Origin: an uncultured delta proteobacterium
GTDB taxonomy: Bacteria; Myxococcota_A; Polyangia; Polyangiales; Polyangiaceae
NCBI GenBank assembly: GCA_963696385.1
Contig: CAVOKF010000003.1
Span: 736,001 to 800,000, forward strand
Direction: 5' to 3'
DNA: 64,000 nucleotides
Under the pieces are notes generated by a model. That model was not told the origin of the DNA, ran no database searches, and worked only from the letters and a program-made list of their open reading frames with translations. Both the position numbers and the translations under genes were made by a program. Shown piece by piece: positions 1 to 9,446 of this stretch. Position 1 is the stretch's first letter, and the number at the start of each line of letters is the position of its first letter.

Positions 1-1419
1 GGTCAAGACGTTTCTTTCCCGCGAATGATGCAGCTGCAGACCCAGGTGAACCGCGTCTTGACCGCGGATCCAGACGTCGATCATTACGTCGCGTTCATCG
101 GGTCCGGCGGCCTCGGCACGAGCAACACGGGAAGTGCGTTCATCACGCTCAAACCACTTCCGCCGCGCGTGTTCAGCGCCGACCAGGTTTTGGGACGGCT
201 TCGCGCTCGGCTCTCACATATCGCTGGAATCATGACGTACATGCAATCGCGCCAGGACGTGAGCGTGGGCGGACGTCTCAGTCGAACGCAATATCAGTAT
301 ACGATCCAGGACGGCAACCTGGACGAGTTACGGACATGGGCACCGCGCCTATTCGACACGGTGCGCAAGCTGCCTCAAGTGAAGGACGTCTCGACCGATC
401 AGCAAAGCGCAGGCCTGCAGCTCGACGTCACCTTGGATCGCGACACGGCCTCGAGACTCGGTATCACCGCGCAGGCCGTGGACTCCGCGCTTTACGACGC
501 GTTCGGCCAAGAGTTCGTGGCGACGACGTTTACCCAGCTCAACGAGTACCACGTCGTCTTGGAGGTCGCCGGCGCATACCGTAGCGACCCCGGGGCGCTC
601 GACATGATTTACGTTCCAAGCCCCACCACGGGCGCTGCGGTTCCGCTCTCGGCTATCGCAAAGACCTCGACCAGCACGACGGCGTTGTCGGTCAACCATC
701 AAGGTCAATTCCCCTCGGTGACGATCTCGTTCAACCTCTCGCCCGGCGTCGCCCTCGGCGACGCCGTGGTCGCGATCGAGAAGGCGCAGGTCGCGATGCA
801 TCTGCCGCCGAGCGTCTTGCCGGCATTCCAGGGAACCGCCCAGGCGTTCAAGGCATCGTTTGCCAACGAGCCCCTCCTGGTGGGAGCGGCACTCATCACC
901 GTCTATATCGTGCTCGGCGTGCTCTACGAGAGTTACGTCCATCCGATCACGATCCTGTCGACCATTCCGTCGGCGGGGATCGGCGCGCTGATCGCGCTAC
1001 TGGTCACCGGCGGCCAGCTCGACGTCATCGCCATCGTGGGACTTCTTCTCCTCATCGGGATCGTGAAGAAAAACGCGATCCTGATGGTCGATTTTGCCAT
1101 CGAAGCGCAGCGCAAGGAGGGTACCGCGCCCGACGTGGCCATTCTCCACGCGGGGCTATTGCGATTTCGGCCCATCCTGATGACGACATGCGCCGCGCTG
1201 TTCGGCGCGCTGCCGCTCGCGTTCGGGCATGGCCTCGGTTCCGAGTTCCGTCGGCCCTTGGGGGTTGCCATCGTGGGAGGACTCATCGCTTCTCAGGCGC
1301 TGACGCTTTACACGACGCCGGTCGTCTATCTTTCGCTCGAACGCTGGCGGCGCGGGCGGTCGCGCCCACGCCGGGCGCCGCGACCGAAGGGGGCCCGCGC
1401 CGTTGCGCAACCGTCATGA
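1..1419 (+). CDS. RND efflux transporter permease subunit (MdtB/MdtC-like), 5' truncated by window edge
   Basis: Frame open from base 1; motifs NHQGQFPSVTISFNL, GIVKKNAILMVDFA, RFRPILMTT, RRPLGVAIVGG typical of the HAE1 RND C-terminal half. Confidence 0.93.
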   Translation, partial: GQDVSFPRMMQLQTQVNRVLTADPDVDHYVAFIGSGGLGTSNTGSAFITLKPLPPRVFSADQVLGRLRARLSHIAGIMTYMQSRQDVSVGGRLSRTQYQYTIQDGNLDELRTWAPRLFDTVRKLPQVKDVSTDQQSAGLQLDVTLDRDTASRLGITAQAVDSALYDAFGQEFVATTFTQLNEYHVVLEVAGAYRSDPGALDMIYVPSPTTGAAVPLSAIAKTSTSTTALSVNHQGQFPSVTISFNLSPGVALGDAVVAIEKAQVAMHLPPSVLPAFQGTAQAFKASFANEPLLVGAALITVYIVLGVLYESYVHPITILSTIPSAGIGALIALLVTGGQLDVIAIVGLLLLIGIVKKNAILMVDFAIEAQRKEGTAPDVAILHAGLLRFRPILMTTCAALFGALPLAFGHGLGSEFRRPLGVAIVGGLIASQALTLYTTPVVYLSLERWRRGRSRPRRAPRPKGARAVAQPS

Positions 1420-1729
1420 GCCCACGAGCTGTCGGCGCGGTCTACCTTTTCGCCCGGGGGTGGAGCCCTGGACAGCACCCGTATTTTTCGTCATCGAGCC
1501 GGCTCCCGCACCGCTAAGCGACCCGCTTCAGGCCGTGAACATCGACTCACTTGGCGAGCAACGCTAACATGCGCTGCTCCGCCGACCAATGGGGCCCGTC
1601 GTTCGCCCGCCCGGTTCGACGACATGGCTCGTGATGTTCTCCACTTGCCGCGCGCGCGCTGCGCGTCCGAATGAGGCGCCTCTGGACGGCCGCGCGTACG
1701 AAAATAGGGCGTACGCCGGCAACGAACCG

Positions 1730-2536
1730 TTACGGACTGCGCATGGCTCGCGCAGTCACCGCACCGCTTGACGACTCGACCTGCAGATGGACTCCGTTGG
1801 ACTCGCCGCGAAGACCGGTGCGCGGTACGGGTGTCAAACTCGGGCTTCCGCTGCGCCGGGACAGCGATTGCATCCTGCGAAGCGCCGATGCGTTGGCGAC
1901 GACCGCAATCAACGACACTGCGACGAGTATCGGAAGCGACGTGGCCCATACGGGAAGCGCGGAATCACGTGTGAACCACGCCCACGGCACCATCAGAGCC
2001 GTCGCGACACACATGCAGACTGCGCGTTCGGGCCGTCGCATAACCCCCGGGGGGACAGGCAAACCCATCGCCTCGGCCTTCGCGCTGCTGTAACTCACCA
2101 TGAAGGAACCTGCGATAGCGAGCAGCGTCATGACCAGACCGAAGGTGAACCCACGAAAATCGACGGTGAGACCGCCCAGCAGGAAGAACTCCTGATAGCG
2201 ATCGCCCGTGGCGTCGAGGAGCGCCCCGGCCGCCGAGGCCGTATGGCTCCGCCGAGCGACGATGCCGTCGAGGGCGTCGCCTAGGGACGCGATGACGATG
2301 ACCAAGGCGGCGGGTCCAAACTGGCCGAAGCCCAAAAAAACCCCGCCGACACACCCCAGCGCGATGCACGACACGGTGATCGCGTTCGCCGATATTCCGA
2401 CCGCGACCAGGCGCTGCGCCACGGAATCAAGCACCCGGAGTACCGCACTACAGGCTGCCTCCGGAAGGACGAGGGATGCGCGGGATGCACTTCGCGGCTG
2501 CGGTTGCGTAACGGTGCCCTGAAACTGGGTGGCCAT
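1730..2536 (-). CDS. CDP-alcohol phosphatidyltransferase family protein
   Basis: Signature DALDGIVARR...GALLDATGDRY; SYSSAKAEA and RPER motifs; several TM helices. Start set at ATG 2536 (ORF extends to 2776). Confidence 0.88.
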   Translation of the reverse strand: MATQFQGTVTQPQPRSASRASLVLPEAACSAVLRVLDSVAQRLVAVGISANAITVSCIALGCVGGVFLGFGQFGPAALVIVIASLGDALDGIVARRSHTASAAGALLDATGDRYQEFFLLGGLTVDFRGFTFGLVMTLLAIAGSFMVSYSSAKAEAMGLPVPPGVMRRPERAVCMCVATALMVPWAWFTRDSALPVWATSLPILVAVSLIAVVANASALRRMQSLSRRSGSPSLTPVPRTGLRGESNGVHLQVESSSGAVTARAMRSP

Positions 2537-3250
2537 CGTCGTATTCACGCCCGAAGCGTAAGATGCCGCTTCGCCTCCACCTATCGCTTTTTTTGCTGCA
2601 GACGAGCCGCGCGCATCCAGCGACGAGGGGCGCACGGGAAGCGACGAGCCGCTGCTCAAGATGGGCCCCGATTGACCCGTCGGCTTGTTCCCCTGCGAAG
2701 CGAGCTCCGGACGGACATCGGTGGGCGACACTCCTTCAGTCATCGTAGTGCGGGCGGCGCGAGGTCGATGCATCACCTATCCGAGTCCATGCAAGAGTCG
2801 GTGCATCCATGCAGGTGGCACAATCGCACAGGAATGCGCGCTCTGTCGCGTGGAAGCCGAATGAGCTCGTACAAACCTCGCTGCATGCAACCTCGGGTAC
2901 GCGGCATGCGTGTAAACGCCCGTACTCTCGTCCTATGCGACGCAAACCCTCTATGCGAGGAAAACGAGCCGGTCGAGTGCCCAGCGCCGCCAGAAGCGCC
3001 TCTACGGGGAGCCCATTAATTCGATCGACTTCGGTCCTTGTCTTGGGCGATAGTGATTCATTTGTCGTCGTGCCGGTGGGTACGACACGGCGAGATATCC
3101 GACCGAGCCGAAAACGCTCGCATCGATCCCATCGAACCGCGCAACCATCCTCGCACCCTCGTCCCTTCAAGCGGATCGTCGATGTTCCGGGTGGGCCCCG
3201 GGCTCGGCGCGCGTCTTGCGCGGCACAAGATCGGACCCTAAGCGTCATCC

Positions 3251-3814
3251 ATGGCGACCGAGTCGCTCGTTCACATCGCAGTCCTACGGAACGTCAGCCC
3301 ACGGCGGGGCGTCCTGACCATTCTCGGGGCGAGCGCCGCAACGCTCGCGGCCCTTTTGGTGGTCATCTACGGACACGGCCGCACCGAATCTCCGCCCGCT
3401 TGGATTGCATGGCTGCCCGCCGTCAATGCGTTCCTCAATGCGACGAGCGCCGCGCTGCTCATTGCGGGGGCGCTTGCGGTCCGCCGACGCGCATTTGCAC
3501 AGCATGCGCGGTTCATGCTCGCGGCGCTGTTCGCATCTGCCCTATTTCTTGTCTCGTACATCCTCTATCACGCGGTGCGCGGCGACACGCGGTTCCTGGG
3601 GCATGGCGCGGTGCGGCTCGCCTATTTCTTCGTTCTCGTCTCGCACGTCGTCTTGTCCGCGCTCGTGCTGCCGCTCATTTTTTCTAGCCTGTTCTTTTCT
3701 CTGTCGGGCCGCTTCCGTAATCACAGAAACATTTCCCGCTATACCCTTCCGGTCTGGCTCTACGTCTCAGTCACCGGTGTGGTCGTCTTCGTGATGTTGC
3801 GTCTCTACGGGTGA
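3251..3814 (+). CDS. DUF420 family membrane protein
   Basis: LPAVNAFLN, H..FM, FLVSY..YH, LVSHVVLS, H..ISRYTLPVWLYVSVTGVVV motifs; multiple TM helices. Confidence 0.85.
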   Translation: MATESLVHIAVLRNVSPRRGVLTILGASAATLAALLVVIYGHGRTESPPAWIAWLPAVNAFLNATSAALLIAGALAVRRRAFAQHARFMLAALFASALFLVSYILYHAVRGDTRFLGHGAVRLAYFFVLVSHVVLSALVLPLIFSSLFFSLSGRFRNHRNISRYTLPVWLYVSVTGVVVFVMLRLYG

Positions 3815-4696
3815 TCGAATCGTGCGGCGGCTGCGGCCACTGGCCACTTTTCTTTGGTCTCGCCGCGCGACGTGGTACCTACGCCGAATATCATCGATAT
3901 CGGCCGTAGGCACCGGGGTCTTCATCCTGAGCGATTCGAGCGTTTGCACCAAGATTGTGCCGATGGCGAGATTGCGAAACCATTTGCGATCGGCCGGGAT
4001 GACAAACCAGGGCGCGTTGTCCGTGCTCGTCCGGCTGAGGGCTTCGTCGTAGGCCTTCACGTACTCGGGCCATAATTTCCGCTCGATATAATCGGCCTCG
4101 CTAATTTTCCACTGACGCTTCGGATCGACCAGGCGTTGCTTGAAACGCCGAAGCTGCTCTTCATCGCTGATGTGCAGAAAGAATTTGAGGATGTGCGTGC
4201 CACCTTGAGCAAGATTTTTTTCGAAGTCGTTGATCCGGTCGTAGCGCTTCGACCAGACGTCTTTGGGGACGAGCCCGTGGACACGCGCGACCAGCACGTC
4301 TTCGTAGTGTGACCGATTGAAGACCACGACCTCGCCCCTCGCAGGCGCGTGTTGGTGCGCGCGCCACAAAAAGTCATGCGAAGCCTCGAGCGTGGAGGGC
4401 ACTTTGAACGCGTGCACGCGAGCACCCTGTGGGTTCATGGCGCCGAGAACGTGACGAATCGTACCGTCTTTGCCCGCGGCATCCAGCCCCTGCAAGCAGA
4501 TCAGAAGCGAGCGCCGGTTCTCGGCGTAAATCAAATACTGGAGCTCAGCGAGCCGCTGCACGCATCTTGCAAGATCGTCTTGCGAGGACGCCTTGCTATC
4601 GTGTGGTGCCTTGAAGCCCGGATCGATCGAAGAGAGATCGACCTTGCTCCCTGGCATTACCATCAAGTGCTTGCGATAGTCCATGTTCGACGCCAT
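3767..4696 (-). CDS. ppk2: Polyphosphate kinase 2 family (class III-like) polyphosphate:nucleotide phosphotransferase
   Basis: Walker A QGLDAAGKDGTIRHV, HDFLWR, FNRSHYEDVL, PWFVIPADRKWFR; AAGGAG RBS before ATG 4696. Confidence 0.93.
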   Translation of the reverse strand: MASNMDYRKHLMVMPGSKVDLSSIDPGFKAPHDSKASSQDDLARCVQRLAELQYLIYAENRRSLLICLQGLDAAGKDGTIRHVLGAMNPQGARVHAFKVPSTLEASHDFLWRAHQHAPARGEVVVFNRSHYEDVLVARVHGLVPKDVWSKRYDRINDFEKNLAQGGTHILKFFLHISDEEQLRRFKQRLVDPKRQWKISEADYIERKLWPEYVKAYDEALSRTSTDNAPWFVIPADRKWFRNLAIGTILVQTLESLRMKTPVPTADIDDIRRRYHVARRDQRKVASGRSRRTIRSPVETQHHEDDHTGD

Positions 4697-4716
4697 GACG
4701 CTCTCCTTCGGGTGGG

Positions 4717-5355
4717 TCAAGGTCGCCAGCGCTCCGCGTCGCGTTCAGGATCTCGACGACTCCCGGCGTCCAACGCGCCGTGATCGAGTTCACGGACGAC
4801 TCTGGCGGGCACGCCAGCAACGAGCGTGTTGGGCGCGACATCGCGCGTGACCACGGCGCCGGCAGCGACCACCGCGCCTTTGCCAACGCGGACACCCGGC
4901 AAGATCGTAACGCACGATGCGATCCACGCGCCGTCGCCGATGTCAATTGGCGCCATAACGGTCAACCCGCAACGGAAGTCGGGCGAGCCGATCTCATGGT
5001 TTCGCGTCAACAGGACCACGTGGTGCCCCAGACGCACCCGATTGCCGATGCGCACATGGGCTCCAAGGTCGACGTGAAGCGGGCCGGTAATGAATGTATC
5101 CGCGCCGATCGACAGGTGTTCAACGCTCGTCCCGGCTCCGGTGAGTTCGAGCGGGCCCATGAGGAGGGAGCGTGCGCCGATTCGAACGCCGGTGGCCCGA
5201 ACGACCGCGGTACGGGTGCGATTGAAGCTGAACTGCGGAAGGGCGCGTGAAATGACTCGGCCGATCGCCTTGCGCGGATCAAACCCGATCTCCTCGAGAA
5301 CGCGTTCGCGCATGGCCCTGAGGCGCTCCGGCACTCTCGAACCAACGGGTGGCAT
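4717..5355 (-). CDS. Hexapeptide-repeat (LbH) sugar O-acetyltransferase, maltose/galactoside acetyltransferase family
   Basis: LTRNHEIG, PIDIGDGAWIASCVTILPGVRVGKGAVVAAGAVVTRDV...GVPARVVR; start uncertain (5312-5391). Confidence 0.85.
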   Translation of the reverse strand: MPPVGSRVPERLRAMRERVLEEIGFDPRKAIGRVISRALPQFSFNRTRTAVVRATGVRIGARSLLMGPLELTGAGTSVEHLSIGADTFITGPLHVDLGAHVRIGNRVRLGHHVVLLTRNHEIGSPDFRCGLTVMAPIDIGDGAWIASCVTILPGVRVGKGAVVAAGAVVTRDVAPNTLVAGVPARVVRELDHGALDAGSRRDPERDAERWRP

Positions 5356-5467
5356 TTTTTGCCATGAACCATGAACTCGTCGCAAGCGCAAGGCCGGTGT
5401 GGCCCACTTGATGGCGACCTCGTCGTATGTTGCAGTTTCCCCCCTCGGAGGTCACGCTTGCTACTTC

Positions 5468-5908
5468 GTGATTCCGATCGCCCCTAGCGCCGCCCGTTCG
5501 AACGCCCATCCGGCCGTTCTCTTCGACGGGGTCTGCAAACTCTGCGATGCCGCGGTGCTCTTCTTGATCGACCGGGATCCTCGCGCGATCTTGAGGTTTG
5601 CGTCGCTCCAATCCGACACCGCACGCGAATTGCTCGAGAGCGTCGGCGGGACGGTGGAAACCGACCCGCCCAAGAGCATCCTCCTGGTGGAGAATGGACG
5701 GGTGTACGAACGATCTACGGCCGCGCTGCGCATCGCCCGCCACTTGGAGGGCGCCTGGAAGCTCTTGGGCCTGCTCCTCGTCGTTCCCGCTCCGGTGCGA
5801 GACCTCGTCTATCGATGGATCGCGTCCAACCGGTACCGTTGGTTCGGACGGTCGCCGACCTGCCGGGTCCCCACGCCGCAGATCCGCGCTCGGTTTCTCG
5901 ACGGATAG
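5468..5908 (+). CDS. DCC1/DUF393 thiol-disulfide oxidoreductase family protein
   Basis: VLFDGVCKLC (DxxCxxC), FASLQS, RDLVYRWIASNRYRWFG...C; start uncertain. Confidence 0.88.
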   Translation: MIPIAPSAARSNAHPAVLFDGVCKLCDAAVLFLIDRDPRAILRFASLQSDTARELLESVGGTVETDPPKSILLVENGRVYERSTAALRIARHLEGAWKLLGLLLVVPAPVRDLVYRWIASNRYRWFGRSPTCRVPTPQIRARFLDG

Positions 5909-6152
5909 CGTGTTCAACGGCCGTCGCAGAGCGATTCGAGGCTACGAAGGCCACGCGGTCGCGTAGGACGTACGTGGAGCGAGGCCGACCGACGCGTCGA
6001 ACCGGGCAGCAGGCCGTTGAACACGCTTTGAGCCGGGTGATCCGCTTGCCGGCACGCGCGAGCGCGATGGCGGAATGCGGTCGGGGTGACTCCTTCTCCG
6101 TTGCACGTCGCGTTCCGCGACAAATGACCACCGCCGCCCTCCGACGAAGTCG

Positions 6153-7236
6153 TCACCGGCTCAGCTCGAGAAGCAGATCGGCAATCCGGTTCGCATTTTT
6201 GTCCATGTCGAAGCAATCCTCGCCGACGCGTCTCGAGGACCGCCCCATGCGAGCACGTAGGTCCGGAGATGCCGCGAGACGCTCGAGGCGGTCCCGCAGC
6301 GCTTCGGCGTCGCCCGATTCGATGACGAAGCCGCTCTGCCCGTCCGTGATCGCCTCGGGAATGGCCGCGACGCGGGTGGTTACAATCGGAAGGCTCGAGG
6401 CCATGGCCTCGGAAAGAACGACTCCGAAGCAATCCGCACGGGTCGGGAAAGCGAACACGTCCGCTTCGGCATAAAGCGCGAGCAGAATCGGGCGAATGAG
6501 GCTTAATCCCGCGATAGCTCCACACGCCATCCCCGGTTGGAATGTCCGCGTTCGTCACCATGTGGAGCTCGCACGACCGTCGAAGATGCTTCCGGAAGAC
6601 GTCCAACAGGAGATCGCCCCCTTTGCGTACGAAATCGCCGCCCACGAAGAGAATGCGCATCGGACCGGGACGCCGGGGACCCCTCGTGCTCGGGTCCGGG
6701 AAGTTCGAAAGTGTCGTGCCCGGGGGGATGACCGAGACCGCATCCGCCGCGACTCCGTAATCGCGAACCAGCGAATCCTTGGCCCACTGCGACCACGTCG
6801 TAACCGTGCGCGCCCGCCGCATGACTGCGCGGTGGACGAGCAGCTTGGCACGCTCGACCCAACGGTTCTGCTTCTTGTGCCCGTACCAGGCCCCGAGCTC
6901 GTCGTAGTTCAGAGGAGTCGCGTCCAGCGACAGCATCGTCGGAATCGCGCGCATGTAGTCCAGCGACAGCAGGCCAATCATCGACGTGTGAACGAAGAGC
7001 GCGTCAAGCGGTCGCCTCCGATGCGCGCCGGCAATCTGGCGCCGCGCACGGACGTTTCCTCGCAGCGCATAGCTCTTGCCGAGCAGAGGGACGCGTCCGA
7101 ACCCTTCGTCGTCGAAGGAGACCTCGAGCCATTCGCACTCGATGTCGCCACGCTTCGAGAGGGCTTGCCGAAGGCTCATGCCGTACGCGACGTGACCAAG
7201 TGCCTGTTCGAGGACAAATCCGACGCGCGGCTTCAT
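6153..7236 (-). pseudogene. Glycosyltransferase family 4, split by a +1 frameshift near 6486 (pseudogene or sequencing error)
   Basis: N-part MKPRVGFVLEQALGH...RILFVGGDFVRKGG lies in one frame; C-part ADVFAFPTRADCFGVVLSEAMASSLPIV lies in another. Deleting one T (GATTCTG to GATCTG) restores a continuous ORF. Confidence 0.85.
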
Positions 7237-7426
7237 GTCGGCCGTGTCGAATCTACTGCAGTCACGGCTCGAATCAACGCGCACGGCCAAGTCCGCAAGC
7301 AACCTGCTGTAGACGAAACCCCCGCGTGCGGACTGGCCGGGGAGCGAGAGATTCCAATTCACGAGACACAAGCTGCCGTGCTTCTTGCGTTGAGTAACGT
7401 TGGCGACTAAAAAGACTCTTGCACAT

Positions 7427-8038
7427 ATGCGTTGGTCAGCGCGACGCCCGTTCTTGGTGGCGGGCTTGCTCGCCGCAGGGTTTGCCGCGAGCGGCTGCGC
7501 CGGCCCAGGCGCGTATGTTTGGTTCGAGTCCCTGCCGCCGGACACGGGACCGGCCAGTCACGAGTACCTCATTGGCATCGGCGACGTCGTCAGCATCCAC
7601 GTGTTCGGCCATGAAGAGATGACTCTCCGCCAACGCGTGCGGTCCGATGGCCGGGTGTCGGTGCTGCTGATCGGGGACGTCGAGGCCAAAGGAAAGCACC
7701 CGAGCGCGCTTAAAGCGGAGCTCGAAGGACGGTTGAAGGACTATTTCGTATCCCCCAGCGTGGTGGTCAACATCGAAGAAACGCAACCGCTGACCGTGCT
7801 GCTGATGGGCGAGGTTGCGCGACCCGGCGCTTATGCGCTCGATTTGGATCCGCGCCTGGCCCACGCGTTGGCGCTCGGCGGTGGCCTGACCGATTATGCA
7901 TCGCGGTCGAGCATCTTCGTCGTACGAAGCGACCCGACTCCGATGCGAATCCGATTCCGGTTCGAGTCCATTTACCGGAACATCGGAGGCGCAGGGGAAT
8001 TCCAACTGCATCGCGGGGACCTTGTGGAGGTCGAGTAG
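7427..8038 (+). CDS. wza: Short OPX/Wza polysaccharide export lipoprotein (EpsY-like, no C-terminal OM helix)
   Basis: Lipobox AASGC; Poly_export motif YLIGIGDVVSIHV...RVRSDGRVSVLLIGDVEAKG; SLBB motif ALALGGGLTDYA; ends LHRGDLVEVE, about 200 aa. Confidence 0.9.
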   Translation: MRWSARRPFLVAGLLAAGFAASGCAGPGAYVWFESLPPDTGPASHEYLIGIGDVVSIHVFGHEEMTLRQRVRSDGRVSVLLIGDVEAKGKHPSALKAELEGRLKDYFVSPSVVVNIEETQPLTVLLMGEVARPGAYALDLDPRLAHALALGGGLTDYASRSSIFVVRSDPTPMRIRFRFESIYRNIGGAGEFQLHRGDLVEVE

Positions 8039-8056
8039 CGCCGATCGCGCCCAATC

Positions 8057-9403
8057 ATGATCGCTCCCATCGTCCTGGTCGCCCAGTACAGAGGCACGAT
8101 CGACGTGTCCGACACGACGAGGGTCGACATGCGCGTGTCCCAACCGGCGCTGGTCATCACGGAGTCCTTACCGAACAACCCGCCCAATCCACCACAAAGG
8201 AAAGTCCTCATCGCAGCGGACCTTTCGACGAACCCTGTCGCCCGACTGGGCCTGCGCGACGCCCGGTGGGACTTCGGTTTGAGCTACACCCCCTCTCTGA
8301 CACTTCCGGACGTCGAGCTTGGCTTCAACTCGGAGGGACGGGGGGCCGACAATCCCCCTTTCCTGGCGATGCACAACGTGAACTCGGCGTTCGCATGGCA
8401 CAATCGCTTCACGCGGATAACGATTCGGGAAGCGGCAAGTTACGGCGAACTGCTCGACACACTGCCGGCAACGTCCGTGGCTGCCGCAACACCGGCCAGT
8501 ACGACACAGGGCGGCTCGCAGATGGGTACAGCGCAGGCCGGCCCGCCTTCGATGGCCATGTCGAGCACCTCGCTCACCCAACAGCTGCTCGTGGCGAAGG
8601 CTCTTGCGTACGGCTCGTCGGCCACGACGGCGAGCCTCGCCACCCAAGTCGGACGACGCGCGACTTTGTCGGTGTCGGGTGGCTTCCAAGTCGGTGGCGG
8701 ACTCAACTCGGAGTCATGGACGCAGATTGGATCGGAGCGCGGTCCCAACGCATCCGCGTCGTTTAGCTTCACTTTTTCCCGCCTCGATAGCCTCGGCGTG
8801 ACGGCGTCGGCCGAGGAGATCTACACGACCGTTTGCGCGCAGCTCGGAAACACCGGACCCCCGGTCCTTTGCCAGAAATATGCCCCCGACGGCCAGCTTG
8901 TTGCGACTTTTTCCCACAGGCTATCTCGCACGGCCGGGCTATCGTTCACGGCGGGGGCGGCCGGTTATTATGATGTAACGACCACGGACGAAGAGGAAAT
9001 CGTGATTCAACCCGTCGGAACGGCGACGCTCAGTGGGACCTTCGGCCCTCACGGCACGAGATCCTTTTCGCTGTCGGTCGCACTCGCTCCCTACATCGAC
9101 CCTATCACGGGATCACCCCGAGACCGGATCCAGGGCACGGGAAACCTCTCCGCGCCGCTTCCGAATCGGTTGGCCCTCAATGTAACGGCCGGGGTGCTGG
9201 AATCGGTTCCGTGGCCCACGGCCGACCCCAACCCACTCACCTCGATCACGTGCATGGCCGAGGTGCGAAGGCGCCTCAATCCGCGACTTGATGTCGCGAT
9301 CGGCGCGCAGGTCCTCTGGCAGAGCCAAATCGGCTATCCTAGCGTTGGTTCCGAGATCGGTTACATTTCTGTGTCGGCCACTTCGCCTACCCTCCGTTTC
9401 TAG
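8057..9403 (+). CDS. Putative outer-membrane beta-barrel polysaccharide translocon (EpsX-like)
   Basis: Alternating hydrophobic/polar beta-strand pattern, C-terminal Phe (PTLRF), located between short OPX and PCP. Confidence 0.65.
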   Translation: MIAPIVLVAQYRGTIDVSDTTRVDMRVSQPALVITESLPNNPPNPPQRKVLIAADLSTNPVARLGLRDARWDFGLSYTPSLTLPDVELGFNSEGRGADNPPFLAMHNVNSAFAWHNRFTRITIREAASYGELLDTLPATSVAAATPASTTQGGSQMGTAQAGPPSMAMSSTSLTQQLLVAKALAYGSSATTASLATQVGRRATLSVSGGFQVGGGLNSESWTQIGSERGPNASASFSFTFSRLDSLGVTASAEEIYTTVCAQLGNTGPPVLCQKYAPDGQLVATFSHRLSRTAGLSFTAGAAGYYDVTTTDEEEIVIQPVGTATLSGTFGPHGTRSFSLSVALAPYIDPITGSPRDRIQGTGNLSAPLPNRLALNVTAGVLESVPWPTADPNPLTSITCMAEVRRRLNPRLDVAIGAQVLWQSQIGYPSVGSEIGYISVSATSPTLRF

Positions 9404-9446
9404 CCCACAGCCACACGAACACTCGCGAGCCGCGATAGCCCTGGCC

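Noticed and set aside
5914..7545. 543-aa ORF as listed in the track
   Set aside because: It is a chimera of an upstream extension overlapping wza, the real GT4 N-terminal part and an out-of-frame tail after the frameshift
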